Positions 11,075 through 23,939 of a stretch of DNA of 64,000 bases are shown piece by piece. The position numbers and the translations under genes were made by a program. The stretch's first letter is position 1. Each line of letters begins with the position of its first letter. Below the pieces are notes generated by a model, which was not told the origin of the DNA, ran no database searches, and worked only from the letters and a program-made list of their open reading frames with translations. The stretch spans positions 93,263,946 to 93,327,945 of the forward strand of contig NC_057719.1 in the NCBI RefSeq assembly GCF_004010195.1. Direction: 5' to 3'. The stretch is from Chiloscyllium plagiosum (taxonomy: Eukaryota).

Positions 11075-12390
11075 AATATGGTCAGATAGCGTGGAATGTG
11101 TGTGGGTAGAAATGAAGAACAGCAAAGGTGAAAAACCATAGTTGGAGTTATGTAAAGGTCTAGAAATCGTAGTCAGGAGCTGAGCGCATGATAGACCAGG
11201 AGACAGAAAAGATGTGCAAAAAAGATAAGGTTACAGTGATTGGGTGGATTTCAATATGCAGATAGACAGGGAAAATCAGGTTGGTCGTGGTTTGCAAGAA
11301 AACAATTGGTAGAAGGTCTACAAGATGGCTTTTTGGAGGCTTGTGATTCAGGCAAAGGGGGAACAGGTAGTACTGGATTTAATGTTGTTCAATGAGGCAG
11401 ACTTGATAAGGAATCTTAAGTTGAAGGAACCCTTCGGAGGTAGTGATCATAATATGATTGAATCTCGTCTTCAATTTGAGAGGGAGAAAGTAGAATCGGA
11501 GGTAATATTACAACTGAATAAAGGCACCTACAAAGACATGAGGGAGGATCTGGGTAGAATTGACTGGGAGAGGAGTCGAGCAGGAAACTCAATGGAACAG
11601 CAATGACGGGAGATTCTAGGAGCAATTTAGAAGTCACAGCAAAGAATCATCCCGAGGTAAAAGATACATTGTACAGGGAGGATGAGGCAACCATGGATGA
11701 CTGGGTCAAAGCATAAGTGAAAGCAGATAACATGGCAAATGGTAGTGGGAAACCAAATGATTTGGGACCTTACAAAGACGAACAGAGGGCAACAAAATCA
11801 GAAATAAGGAGGGAGAAGTTTAAATATGAGGGTAAGCTATCCAATGATATAAAAAAAACTACTGAGTTTCTTTAGATATATAAAGGGCAAATGAGAGGTA
11901 AAAGTCGAGAGTTAAAAGAGGTAAAAGGCGCTGGAAAATGATGTTGTGGAGAAAGTAATATGTAAGAAATAATAGATGAGAAACTGAATAATTATTTCAC
12001 GTCAGATTTCACGGCGGAAGACACGAACAATATCCGGAATATTCAAGAGCGTGAGGGGGCCCAGCTGATTAGGAGAAGTTGCTTGAAAAGCAAAATGGAT
12101 AAATAACCTGGATGGAGACATTAGTGGTGATCGTTCCGGAATCTCTAGAATCGGGGAGGGTGTCAAAGATGAGAAAATTGCAAACGTGACACCCTGTTTA
12201 AAAAGAGAATAAGGCAAAAGACAAAAATTACAAAATGATTAGCCTAATATCGGTCGTGGGTAAGTTCCTGGAATCCATGTGAAGGATGAGATTTCTGAAT
12301 ACTTGATAGTGCATCGTAAAGTAGGGCGAAGATAGTATGATTTCATCAAGGGGAGGTCATGCTAATGAATTTGTTAGAATTCTTTGAAGA
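11075..12390 (+). mobile_element. CR1 ORF2 (APE endonuclease to RT N-terminus)
   Basis: ORF 11325-11606 has LDLML...EPFGGSDHNMI (APE catalytic SDH); GRSC...LLEFFE at the end. Confidence 0.9.
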
Positions 12391-12397
12391 TAAAACA

Positions 12398-12475
12398 AGA
12401 CTGGACCCAAAACATTAACTGATTTTTCTTCACAGATTCTGCATGACCTGCTAAGCATTTCCAACAACATCTGTG
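12398..12475 (+). mobile_element. Penelope-like 3' tail fragment
   Basis: ggacccaaaacattaact...cacagattctgcatgacctgctaagcatttcc resembles the other PLE tails in this window. Confidence 0.5.
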
Positions 12476-12845
12476 AAAGTTTAAAGAGAGATGTGTCAGG
12501 CAAGTTTCTTATGCAGAAGGTGGTAAGTGACTAGATTGTACTCTCCTGTGAGATGGAAAATCAGAAGCAATCACGACATTTAAGAGGCATTCAGGCAGAC
12601 AGATAAGTAGGCATGCATTGGCAGGGATACGGATCATGTTACAGGCAAATGGAATTAGTTTGGAATGGCATCATGATCCGCACAGACATGGTGGGCTGAA
12701 TATTTTGGTGCTGTAACTGATGTGTTTTCCGGGGGAAGTATGTTTTTTGAAGAAGTAACAAAGAGAATTGATGAGGGCAGAGCGGTGGACATGATCTATG
12801 TGTGATTCTGCAAGGCGTTCGGCAAGGTTCCTCATGGAAGACTGT
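12476..12845 (+). mobile_element. CR1 fragments (3' end, then RT piece)
   Basis: RFFMQKVV-like region and 3' UTR; FFEEVTKRIDEGRAVD...KAFGKVPH. Confidence 0.8.
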
Positions 12846-12851
12846 TTGCAT

Positions 12852-13140
12852 AAGATTCGATTACTTACTGTGTGGAAACAGGCTCTTCGGCCCAACAAGT
12901 CCACACTGATGCGCAACCCACCCACACCCATTCCTCTCCATTTACCCCTTTGCCTAACACTACGGCCAATTTAGCATGGCCAATTCATCTAACCTGCACA
13001 TCTTTGGACTGTGGGAGGAAACCCACGCAGACACGGGGAGAATGTAGAAACTCCATGAAGTCAGCCACCTGAGGGCGAATTGAACCCGGGTCGCTGGCGC
13101 TGTGAGACAGCAGTGCTAACCACTGTGCCACCGTGCCGCC
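12852..13140 (-). mobile_element. HE1-type tRNA-derived V-SINE
   Basis: Head ggcggcacggtggcacagtggttagcactgctg, B box ggttcaattc, V-domain ttctccccgtgtctgcgtgggtttcctcc, CR1-derived tail. Confidence 0.92.
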
Positions 13141-13159
13141 TACTCCCACATTATGATTA

Positions 13160-16100
13160 GATTAATTACAGTGTGCTAACAGGCTCTTCGGCCCAAGAAT
13201 TCTGGTACATCTCATCTGAACCTTCTCTAGCTTAATAATATGCTTCCCATAACTGGGTGACCAGAACTGGATGCAGTATTCCAGAAAATGCCTCACCAAT
13301 GGCCTATATAGTCTAATCGTGACTTCCCAACTACTATATCCAAAGGACTGAGCAATGAAAGCAAGTGTGGCCAGCACCTTCATAACCATCATGTCATTCA
13401 ATGTTGCAAACATCAAAGAATTATGTACCTGAACCCCGAGGTCTCTCTGTTCTACAACACTACCGAAGGTCCTGCCATTTATTATATAAGATCTACCCTT
13501 GTTTGTTGTACCAAGTGCATTACTTCGCATTTATTCAGATTGAACTCCATCTACTGTTTTTCAGCCATTTCACTCATATCCTCAAGATCCCTTTGTAACC
13601 TTAGCAAACCTCCTTCACTGTCCATTATTCAACTCTCCAGTATTCCAGCACATCATGCACATGATGTCAATGGTACAAGTATCATTGCTCATTTCGCCGT
13701 AATTTCTTCCCCAGCTTCTTACAGTGTCCTGAGATACTCTGGATCAGTCCTGTGGATTGATCTACCTTTGTGTTTTAAAGCCTGCAGCACCTCCTCTTCA
13801 ATAATGTGGACTCATTTCAAAACATACTGTCGTAGAGATGTACAGCATGGAAAGGGATACTTCGGACCAACTCCTGCATGATATTTCTAGTCCCATTTGC
13901 CAGAATTTGCCAAAATCCCTGTACACTCTTCCTGTTCATATACCCATCCAGATGCCTGTTAAATATATTTGTATCACCCTCCATTACTTCCTCTGGTAGC
14001 TTATTCCATACATATGCCATCCTCTGTGGGAACCACTTGTCCCTCAAGTCCCTTTTAAAAGTTCCTCTCACACATTAAAGCTATGCCCTGTACGTTTGTA
14101 CTCCCCAAGCCTGGAGAAAATATCTTGACTATTGCCCTATCCATGACCATCATGATTTTAAAAACGTTTATGAGATAACTACTCAGCCTTCCAGTTTCAA
14201 GTGAAAATCGCCCCAGTTATTTCAGCTTTTCCCTGTAGCTCAAACGCTCCAACCCTGGCAACATTCTTGTTCATTGTTTCTGAACCTTTTCAAGTTCCAC
14301 AACATCCTTCCGATGGCATTGAGACCAGAGTTTCACACAGTATTCCAATAGTGGTCAGGCCAAACACTGTTTAGTTCCCAGAGCTCCTCGGTCTTTATCC
14401 ACAGTAAGCACCAAAACGAAATATTTGTTTAGGAACTTGTGGTTTCACACATCGTTGGCTTCGTTCATCATTATGGATACCTATTTTCTCCCAAGTTATT
14501 CTTTTGTTCTTAGCACATGTTTGTCTCGCTTTGGATTCTCCTTAATCCTTATCTGCCAAAGCTATATCATGACCCTTTTTGCATTCCTGATTTTCATCCA
14601 AAGTGTATTCGTACAGTCCCTGTAATCCTCAGGGATTCCCTTGATCCAGCTGGCTCTACCTGACACGTGTCCCCTTTTTCTTGACCAGAGCCAGTGTTTC
14701 CTAATTATGTCAGCATCGAGCTGAACACAAACGGGAACATGTTGGCACTGAACATGCATTTTATCTCATGTTTAAAATGTTCCCACTTGCTAGACTTCCC
14801 TTTACCTGCAAATAGATTTCCCAGTCCACTTTAAAAAATCATCATATCTAATACCATCAAGATTGGCCTTGCTCCATTTTCTAACTTGAACTTGTGGACC
14901 ACGACTATTTTCAAACTAATAGAATTGTGGTCACTTTGCCGAAGTGCTCCCCCACTAAGACCTCAGTCCTGTTCCGTAGCTTGTTTCCCAAGGGGAGGTC
15001 AGGTTTAGCCCCACTCTCCAGTTGGGCCATTTATATAATGACTGGGAGATTCTGGAACACACTTAACATATTCCTTTCATCCAAATGCTGAACACAGTAA
15101 CAATCCTAGTCCATGTTTGGAAAGATTAAAGTGCTCTACGATTACAACTCTGTTATTCTAACAGATATCTGAGATCCCCTGACGGATTTGCTGCTCCATC
15201 TCCCATTGACTACCGCTGTAGTACAATTGCAGAACAAACATAGCAAACTGATGAACAATTTTTATTTCTCAGTTCCACTAATATAGCTTAACTATGTAAT
15301 CCCGCGTGAATATCCTCTCTAAATACTGCTGTGATGTTTCCCCCAATAAAACCCATCACCGCTGCTCTTCTTCTGCCTCCTGTTCAATCCTTCCTATAGC
15401 ATCTATTCCATGGAACAATGAACTGCCAGTATATCTGTTGTGCAATTCTACAATACCTATTATATCCCATTCCCAGGACCTCGTCCGTGCCCTGGGTTCA
15501 TCTGCCTTAACTGTTGAGGGTCCCATAGCCCTGTTCGACTCTCGAGCAACTCCAGCAACTCACCTCATCAGGATATGGGTCACCCTCCCGCTCCTAGTTC
15601 AGGTGCCTTCCCTACCCGGTCTATCTGTGCTGACACCTTCAGGGATCTATGGACCTTGACACTAAGACCCCTGTGTCCCTCAATACTCCACAAGGACTTC
15701 TGTTCATTATGTTTTTCCCTCGCTTATCATACCTTCCATAGGATATGACCTCACACTGATCATAACTAAACTCCATCTGAGTTTATTCTGCTCAGTTTAT
15801 CATCTGATCGATATTACACCAGAGATTGAGACCATCAGTCTCGCTGTGAACGACCCACTAACCATGTCATCTGCAAACCTACTCATGATACCTCCAGCTT
15901 TCACATCCAAGTCATTACTGTACATAATAATCAGCAATGGCTCCTGCACAGATCCCTGTGCTACACCCACTGGTGGAAGGCTTCCAAATACAGAAACAAG
16001 TTTCCACCAGGAGCGGATCCAATTTTCCAACTTGCCTTGGATCCCATGAGCTCTTCCCTTTTCGACCAGCCTTCCATGTGTGACCTTGTCAAAGACCTTA

Positions 16101-17050
16101 CTGACCTCCATGTAACCCACATCATCTGCACTGCCCTCTTCATTATTTTTAGAAACCATTTTAAAAAATGCAACTGTATTCCTGAGGCGGTATCTTCCCT
16201 ATCAAATCCGTAATGACTAAGCCGAGTTGATTCCTGCCTTTTCAAGTGTTGATTCATCATGTCACTCAGAATTTTTCCCAATTATTTCCCTCCAGCTGTT
16301 GTCAGACTACCTGCTCTGTAATAACCTGGCCTTTACCTGCTGCCCTTCTTGAAAAAAGGAGACACATTAGCGATCCTCCAGTCACTCAGCACTTCAGCTG
16401 TGGCCAACAAAGTATTAAATATATCCACCAGTCCCCCAGCAATCTCCTCCCTTACCTCCCACAGCAGTCTGGGATATATTGCATTGGACACTGGAGATTT
16501 CTCCCCCTTTATGAAACATGTAATACCTCCTCCTTATTGATCTTAACATGTTCTCGAACCTCACCATCCCGACTAAAATCCCCGGCTACATTGTCTTTCT
16601 CCTGTGTGAATACAGATGGGAAGTATTCATTGAAGAGCTCACCGACTTCCTCTGGCTCCATGCACAGACCTCACTCTTTCCCCAGTAATCCTCTTACTCT
16701 AACTGTACTGCTAAAATACCTTGTGGCTTTCCCATAACACTATCTGCCAAGGATATTTCATGACCATTGTTTGACTCTCATTTTTAAGGACCCCCCCCCC
16801 CCCCCCCCCCCTTGCACTCTCTATACTTGTGAAGGGCTTCACCTGTTTTTATTGCACTGTATTTTCTTTATCAAACTCACAGCATCACTTGATCAGTATT
16901 CGCTGGACTTGCTTCCTTTGTCATTCACTCTTCAAGGAAAACAGTGGCCATGGATTCTCACTGCATCACTTTAAAATACTCCCACTTTGCAAATATAGAC
17001 ACAACTGCAGGTAGTTCCTCCCAGTCTCCGTTTGTCAGATCCTGTCTAAT
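13160..17050 (-). mobile_element. Stack of nested decayed CR1 fragments
   Basis: ORFs 13162-13530 (EQRDLGVQVH, LEYCIQFWSP), 13817-14071 (WNKLPEEV) and 15800-16159 (SKVFDKVTH, FADD); APE remnants at 14900-15500. Confidence 0.88.
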
Positions 17051-17054
17051 GATA

Positions 17055-18810
17055 GCAGTAATGACAGGAGACTCAAGGGGGCAGAGAGGAGACTGGGTAG
17101 CTGCAGAAGTGACCACAGGATGGTGTGCTGCCTCCCAGGTGCCAGGTTCAAGGATGTCTCTGAGCGGTTACAGAACATTCTGAAGGGGGAGGGTGAACAG
17201 CCAGAGGTCATTGTGTACATCGGTCCACGTGACATAGGTAGACAAAGGGATGGGGTGCTGTGCAATGAGTATCGGGCATTAGGTAAGAAGTTGAATTTCT
17301 GACCTCAAGGTTAGCAATCTCCAGATTACTCCCAGTGCCACTCACCAATGAATATAGAAATAAAAAGACATGTCAGATGGAAGTGTGGCTAAGGAGCAGT
17401 TGACGAGGAGAGGGTTTTCAATTCTTGGATCATTGGTATATCTTCTGGGGTAGAGGTGACCTGTACAAGGGGACGGGCTGGACTTGAACCAGAGGGGCAT
17501 CAGTATCACTGCGGGGAGATTTAGTAGTATTACTCTGGAATGTATAAACTAGTTAGGCAGGAGGTTGGGACTCTTAATAAGAGAGGGACCATTGAAAAGT
17601 CAGGGGAAAATCCATGATCCATCGAGAACAAGTTTACTATTCAGGATATCCAGGGGCACAGTCAAGGGAGGGAAAAGACTTGAGGTTTAAAGGGCATTTA
17701 TTTCAACGCACGAGCCCTGACTGGTAAGGCAGACGAGCTCAGATATGGATTGGCTCTGGGGTCTGGGATATTATAATCGTAATAGAAATTTGGCTGAGAG
17801 AAGGGCAGGACTGGCAGCTCAGTGTTCCAGGATACAGAAGCTACAGGCGTGATAGAAAGACAAGTAACTGAGGAGGGGGAGTTGTCCTGTTGATAAGGGA
17901 AGACATAACAACAGTGCTCAGAGAGGATACACTTAAGGGCTCATCAAAAGAGACATATGGTTAGAAGTTAGAAGCAAAACAGGAGTGATCATTTTGTTGG
18001 AACTGCATTATAGACCCCCAAATAGCCAGCAGGTACGAGACGAGCAGATGTGTAAAGAGATTGGCAATAACAGTCGGAATAATAGAGTAGTATTGGTTGA
18101 AGATCTTAATTTCTCCTGTATTGACTATGCCACGTGGAGAGTACAAGGTCCGTATGGAGTGCAGTTTGTCAAATGTGACTAAGAAAGTTTCCTAAATCAA
18201 GATGTAGAGTGTCTAACTCTACATCCCCTCAGAAAACGAAGTCGGCAAGTGACTGAAATGTCAGTCGGAGAACACTTTGGGTCCAGTGACCACAACTGTC
18301 TTCGGTTTAACGTAGTTATGGAAAAAGATCAGACAAGTCCACAGATTAAGGTGTGAAACTGGAGCAGGGGCAGGTTTGGGGCCATTAGCCAGGATCGAGC
18401 AGAGGTCGATTGTGTGAATTAAAAATCACACAACACCAGGTTATAGTCCAACAGGTTTATTTCGAAGCATTCAAAATGTAGGTGATCATTCTAAAAGATG
18501 AAAGACTTAAACTAAATTGTTTGATATTACATTCCATGACATTGCTTTCATGTTGCTATAAATTCTGTCCCTTCTGATTGTGCTCCAAAATCACCTGATG
18601 AAGCAGCGCTCTGAAACCTAGTGCTTCCAATAAAAAAAACCTGCTGGACTGTAAGCTGGTGTTGTGTGATTTTTAACATTGTCCATCCCAATCCAACACC
18701 GGCTCCTCTACATCATGACTACCATCAACTGGGTGAGTCCTTTTGAAAAAAAAAAGGAATGACTGGCAAATGGGAGCCTTTTAAAAGTGTGATCTCAAGA
18801 ATCCAGGGCC
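17055..18810 (+). mobile_element. CR1 5' part: ORF1 SGNH-esterase-like domain and ORF2 APE
   Basis: VMTGDS, VCCLPGAR, VIVYIGPRDIG, then YFNARSL, HYRPPNS and GSSDHN motifs. Confidence 0.9.
18420..18722 (+). mobile_element. Short Penelope-derived insertion with inverted pLTR segments
   Basis: 18420-18470 is the inverted copy of about 18620-18676; hammerhead-like core ctgatga...gaaac at 18595-18617; imperfect TSD gattgtgtgaat / aactgggtgagt. Confidence 0.7.
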
Positions 18811-18919
18811 ATTAGTGGAGAGCCTGCAATCCTCTCAGGTTCCATTTGCAGTCAGGATCTGTAGAACTCACTCCAATGTCTGTGACTCACCTGATCCAGT
18901 TCCGAAAAGACCCACTATC

Positions 18920-19650
18920 TATTTAACACCCACCCACTAACTGTAATATCCTCCCGTGCCTATCACCGCACTGTCAATGTGAGCTCCTACACTCTGTCCA
19001 TCATCTACTCATCTCCATAAACTTCTCCAGCTCTTACACCCCTATTTGTGTAAACGTCACCCTCCCCTACAGCCCTTCCCACTTTGGCCAAACTGGAGGA
19101 GGTTGCTAATGCTCCCTTATCTGTGAAACTGTCTCCAACTAAAATGGCTGTCGTTATCTCCTGGTAAAAATGTTAGATTCCTCACCCTCTATATCTCAGT
19201 AACCTGCAGAACCTAGTTTTTCTATAGCTATAAACATCTTCAGTCACGACTGCCCTCCATATATCTGTGTTCTTCTAATCTATAAAACCGTATTGATTTC
19301 CACAATCTGCTCCATTCACCTAAAACACTCCTGTCTGTGTAAACCACCCCATCCTTCCAACATCCATATCCCTGTAAACTGTTCCATCCCTCCCCATCTC
19401 CCCAACTACATGAACTCTTGCAGGCCCTACAGCTCTCCACATTCCTGTAACCTCCTGTGGCGCTATGCTCCTTCCTCCAAGGGAAACAACCTCCAATCCC
19501 CACAATCCATCCAGTCTGGGTCATCTGCTCCCTATCAACCTATCTGTTACCTTTGACAATCCTAGCTAACCTTCCTATTTGTTTCTGTTTATTCAGATTC
19601 CATCCTCTCCAGCTTTATGAAAGCTCTTTGTATCATTGTAACCCTCCCTA
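18920..19650. repeat. Degenerate C-rich minisatellite array
   Basis: Recurrent ctgtaa(c/a)ct(c)ctcca-like motifs at roughly 35-bp spacing. Confidence 0.55.
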
Positions 19651-19654
19651 TTTA

Positions 19655-20675
19655 GAACGCAGAACAGTATAGCACAGTACAGTCCCTTCAGCCCTCGATG
19701 TTGTGCTGCCCATTTTTCCTACAGACCCTACATTTTACTATCAGCCATGTGCCGATCTAAGAGTTGTTTAACTGTCCCTAATGTATCGGACTCTACTACC
19801 ACTGTTGGCAGTGCATTCCACGCACCTACCACTCTATGTGTAAAGAACCCACTTCTGACATCTCCTGCAATTACCTTCAATTTATTTCCCTACGTTATTT
19901 CCGTTTTTGCAATGGGAAATGTATCTGGTTATCCTTTCAATCTAAGTGTCAAATTATATCGTTCACCTCTTAGATTAGATTAGATTACATTACAGCGTGG
20001 AAACAGGCCCTCCGGCCCAGCAAGTCCACACCGACCCGCCAAAGCGCAACCCACCCACGGCCCTACATTTACCCCTTACCTAACACTACGGGCAATTTAG
20101 CATGGCCAATTCACCTGACATGCACATCTTTGGATTGTGGGAGGAAACCGGAGTACCCGGAGGAAACCCACACAGACACGGGGAGAACGTGCAAACTCCT
20201 CACAGTCAGTCGCCTGAGGCGGGAATTGAACCCGGGTCTCAGGCGCTGCAAGGCAGCGGTGCTAACCATTGTGCCACCATGCCGCCCACAAGTCATCTCT
20301 ATCAAGTCATCGCTCATCCTTTTTCATTCCAATGAGAAAAGCCCTCACTCCCTCAATCTTTCTTCATTAGACCTCCCCTCCAGTCCAGGCAGCATCCTGA
20401 TAAATCTCCTCTGCACACTCCGTACAGCTTCCACATCTTTCAGATAATGAGGCAACCAGAATCGAACACAATATATCAAGTGCTGTCTAACCAGGGCTCG
20501 ATACAGCCGCAGCATAACCTCATGGCTCTTAAACTCAACCCCCTTGCTAATGAAAGCAAACACACCACACATCTTCTGGACAAGGCCAAGTGGTAACTTT
20601 GATGGATCGATGGAAGTGGTCCCTGTGATTCTTCAGTTCCTCCACACTATCAAGGATCCTGCCTTTATCCCTGTA
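19655..20675 (-). mobile_element. CR1 3' end interrupted by an HE1 SINE
   Basis: Tail agaacagtatagcacagtac; ORF 20345-20572 (YCVRFWLPHY, RFIRMLPGL). Confidence 0.88.
19971..20287 (-). mobile_element. HE1-type V-SINE, full length with (TCTAA)n tail
   Basis: Head gggcggcatggtggcacaatggttagcac, B box ggttcaattcc, V-domain and tail repeat. Confidence 0.93.
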
Positions 20676-20954
20676 ACTGGTGTCATTGTACATTGTAATT
20701 GGCGTTTTCTCAGAATTTCCTGTCACAGCCTAATTGACTGATGTACCGTTTTAGTTAAACCCTGTCCCTTTCCTGTTCCTTTCTGCTTGTATTCACTCAC
20801 GTCCTCATGCTGTTTCGATGCTTCGCATTTTCTCTTTGGATTTGGAAATCTCCTTTCACCTGAACCCTGTCCCTGATTCTTCACTGTCAGTTTAAAGTCC
20901 TGTCCAAAATCCTACCGACATAATTAGCTAGGACGCTGGTCACAGCAGTGGTAT

Positions 20955-21232
20955 GTTTAATTCACTCGTGGGATATTGCTGTCTCTGGCTGGCCAGCGTG
21001 TATTTCCCATTCGGATCTGCCCTTGAGCTGAGTGGCTTGCCAGATAATTTCAGGGGGCAGTTGATAATCAGCCTCCTTGCTCTGCGTCTGGAGTCAGATG
21101 TATACCAGACCTGCTGTTGATAACAGATTTCCTTCTTTAAAGGATATTAGGCAAACAGATGGGTATACCGGACACCAGTATTAAATTCTGGATGAACAGT
21201 CTGATGAGAATAACATGAGGTCATCACCTCTC
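20955..21232 (-). mobile_element. Decayed SINE with CR1-like tail
   Basis: Same tail family as 31850-32032(+) and 39270-39452(+): tgactccaga...gctggcc...cccacgagtgaat. Confidence 0.65.
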
Positions 21233-21254
21233 CCACTCGTGGTTCAACCGTCAC

Positions 21255-21496
21255 TGAGTACTTATCTCAGTGCACCATGCATGGCAAACATTTCGTCATG
21301 GCCATTGTTTGATCCAGATACCTTCCTGCACTCTGGTGATATTACTTAGTATATCTCCATGTGGTATCCATCACTGCGTGGGTCCAATTGCTGCCTCTGT
21401 CACCATCTCTCGCTCTTGCAGCTACACCAGATCCTGAGCCAACAGAACTCTCCACTCCAGAGAGACACAACTGCACAGGCTAGGGACGTTCTCTGA
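21255..21496 (-). pseudogene. 3' half of a VJ-type exon split by the provirus
   Basis: GSGSGVAAR... and MFAMHGALR*VL|gtga; nucleotide homology to 33291-33535. Confidence 0.5.
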
Positions 21497-21741
21497 AACG
21501 TTCCGCAAGTAGGCGGAACCGCAAGTACCGCAAGAATTGCATCCGAAAATACCACTCCCTCCATGACTCCCTCGTCAGGTCCACACCCTCCGTCAACCCA
21601 ACCTCCACTCCCGGCACCTTTCCCTGCAATCACAAGAATTGCAAAACTTGCGTCCACACCTCCCCCCTTACTTCCCTCCAAGGCCCCAAGGGACACTTCC
21701 ATTTCCGCCACAAATTCACCTGCACCTCCACACACATCATC

Positions 21742-21836
21742 NNNNNNNNNNNNNNNNNNNNNNNNNNNNNNNNNNNNNNNNNNNNNNNNNNNNNNNNNNN
21801 NNNNNNNNNNNNNNNNNNNNNNNNNNNNNNNNNNNN
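21742..21836. other. Assembly gap (95 N)
   Basis: Run of N. Confidence 1.
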
Positions 21837-22019
21837 ATCCCTCGAACTCAGCACCGCCTTCCTAACCTGCAATCATCTTCCTGACCTCTCCGCCCCACCC
21901 CACTCTGGCCTAACACCCTCACCTTGACCTCCCTCCACCTATCGCATTTCCAAAGCCCCTCCCCCAAGTCCCTCCTCCCTACCTTTTATCTTAGCCCGCT
22001 GGACACACTTTCCTCATTC

Positions 22020-22047
22020 CTGAAGAAGGGCTTATGCCCGAAACGTC
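22020..22047 (+). ncRNA. Minimal hammerhead ribozyme core in a PLE tail
   Basis: CTGAAGA-a-gggc-ttat-gccc-GAAAC-GTC; palindromic ACGT stem III; stem I weak. Confidence 0.6.
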
Positions 22048-22108
22048 GATTCTCCTGTTCCTTGTATGCTGCCTGACCTGCTGCGCTTTTCCAGCAACAC
22101 ATTTTCAG

Positions 22109-22394
22109 GTCACATCTGTCTGTGGCCTGTTGTTGATGTGCAACACCACCACCCCTCCCCCCCGCCCCCTTTGATAGCTGGGTCTTATTACTTTTGCTGA
22201 CATAACACTGGGTCTTATTTGGTTATCTTGTTCATACTAACTCCCTATGTGCGTGAGAATTGCAACTGTCTTGTCAATACATCTGTTTCTACCAGTCGAC
22301 CATCTCCCTTTGCGGTTGGCTATTTCTTGGTATACACCCTCATGATTCTGCCTTGCGATTTTTGCAGAAGCAACATTTGCAAGTGCCTCTCACA
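22109..22394 (-). repeat. 3' LTR, truncated by a PLE insertion
   Basis: Begins TGTGAGAGG after PPT aaaaagggtggggggggtgat; about 92% identical by eye to 27781-28083. Confidence 0.92.
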
Positions 22395-22547
22395 ATCACC
22401 CCCCCCCACCCTTTTTAAATAATTGTTTTTTTCTGAATTTCTCTCATATGTCGCCCCCAAATTTGCAAGCATCATCCCTGAGACCTCGTCCATCTTGGCC
22501 TCAAGTTCTCCCATCCCCTCATTGTTCAGAAGGTAGAGTGCCTCTGC

Positions 22548-23900
22548 CTAATTACATTTTATGGGCGTCTGTTTTGCCAAGGTTGTCTCAATCAGCCGTT
22601 GGGTTAGTCCCCGTACACAAGGTATGATAGAACAGCTAATTGCTACCAATACCCCTGCTACCACTATCAGGGAGGTGAGGATGGAGACTACGACACCCTT
22701 CCATTTCCCAAAACATGATTCCAGCCATCCCGTGAGTGATGTGTCCACCCCTGAATTCTCAGCCAGTTCTTCTGCCAAGGTGTTTAATCCTCACAAGGCA
22801 CGAGTGATTGACCCGTCAGATGCTGCATTATTTGAGATAAAAGTACAACAGCTCCCTCCTAACATCATTTACATTACACATACATTCCCTTTTTTCAGCT
22901 ATGATCATATCTAAGGCCATTCTATTTTCCCAGGCCATTCTACTGGTTGCATCAAGCTGTTCTGTTATACATTTGACTGTTATGCATCCGTAGTGTAATT
23001 GATTAATCTTTGCTGATTATAGAAATCATAGTTTATCCAGTTGACATTCTTGTTGACCGTTACCCAACACAATAGAGTCGTTTCAAAGCTTGCTGCAATC
23101 TGTTTGCGAGCTTTGAACTCATTCGGTACCCCTCTAGGAACTCTGATAGAGGGGTCTAATAATGATTTTTTACTCCTCCCCCTTTTATTGCTATCTTCTC
23201 ATTTTCAAATGCCAAGGTGAATGGGATTGCCAATTGTACAATTGAACACATCCCTGTCCCATCTGGAGGTAGGGTGGGACTCAATATTTTTCCTCCACAG
23301 TCCGATGTGTTCCTTGTCTATGTTCACACAACGTGTGATTTCCGACCATAGCAGTAAACGTAGGTCGGCGGGTGGGAAACAGCGTCTTTAAACCTTCCTT
23401 CTTTACAGGAGGGAACATTAATAGAAGTGACATACATTCTGTATTGCCTCATGCAGTCTCATCCTGATACAGGGCTATTATGCATGTCACGCCCCTCCTG
23501 TCTCGCTTCCATCTGAGTGGAAAGGGAATTAGTTGGGCCATTGGTCTCCCAGAGGCATATGCATAACAATTGCTCTTATTCAGACTTTTTTCAGTATACT
23601 GCACCCATTCAACCCAGGCATTTGCATCCCCGTATCCAGTTTCTATTTCGATAGTCTGTTTCAGGTCCTTCACCTGTGTAATCTTTACCGCCTTAAGGTC
23701 ATCAGGAGGGGGGAACCGTCATATCTTATTATCCAATTGTTCTGCCTGTATTCTCTTTCTTATTCCTATGCTAATATGAAAACAACCTCCCGAGAAATCC
23801 GTCACATTTGTTCTCATTTCAATCCCAAACGTTTCATATAAATGTATCTGATAGGTTCTTCCTACACCACCACCACCACCACCTCCCCCCCCAACCAACC
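22548..23900 (-). pseudogene. env: Retroviral env remnant (SU and TM)
   Basis: IETGYGDANAWVEW...CYAY (decayed CxxC), RSKK cleavage-site remnant, VPRGVPNEFKAR, ISD WENRMALDMIIAEKG, GGSCC, and TM helix VVVSILTSLIVVAGVLVAI. Confidence 0.93.
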
Positions 23901-23939
23901 GGTCCAAGTGAATCGGGTTTCTATTATTAATTTAGATAA

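Larger units (their letters stand above)
21545..22108 (+). mobile_element. Penelope-like element 3' part (Cys-rich linker, GIY-YIG, tail), spans the assembly gap
   Basis: SLHDSLVRS...PGTFPCNHKNCKTC...FTCTSTHII; tail nearly identical to 35586-35846. Confidence 0.88.

Noticed and set aside
13070..13140. tRNA genes at SINE heads (also 20215-20287 and 43560-43640)
   Set aside because: The A/B boxes run into SINE bodies and there is no complete cloverleaf.
18851..18910. Isolated J-like FGTG followed by gtgagt on the minus strand
   Set aside because: Too short, with no RSS and no T-x-L-x-V completion.
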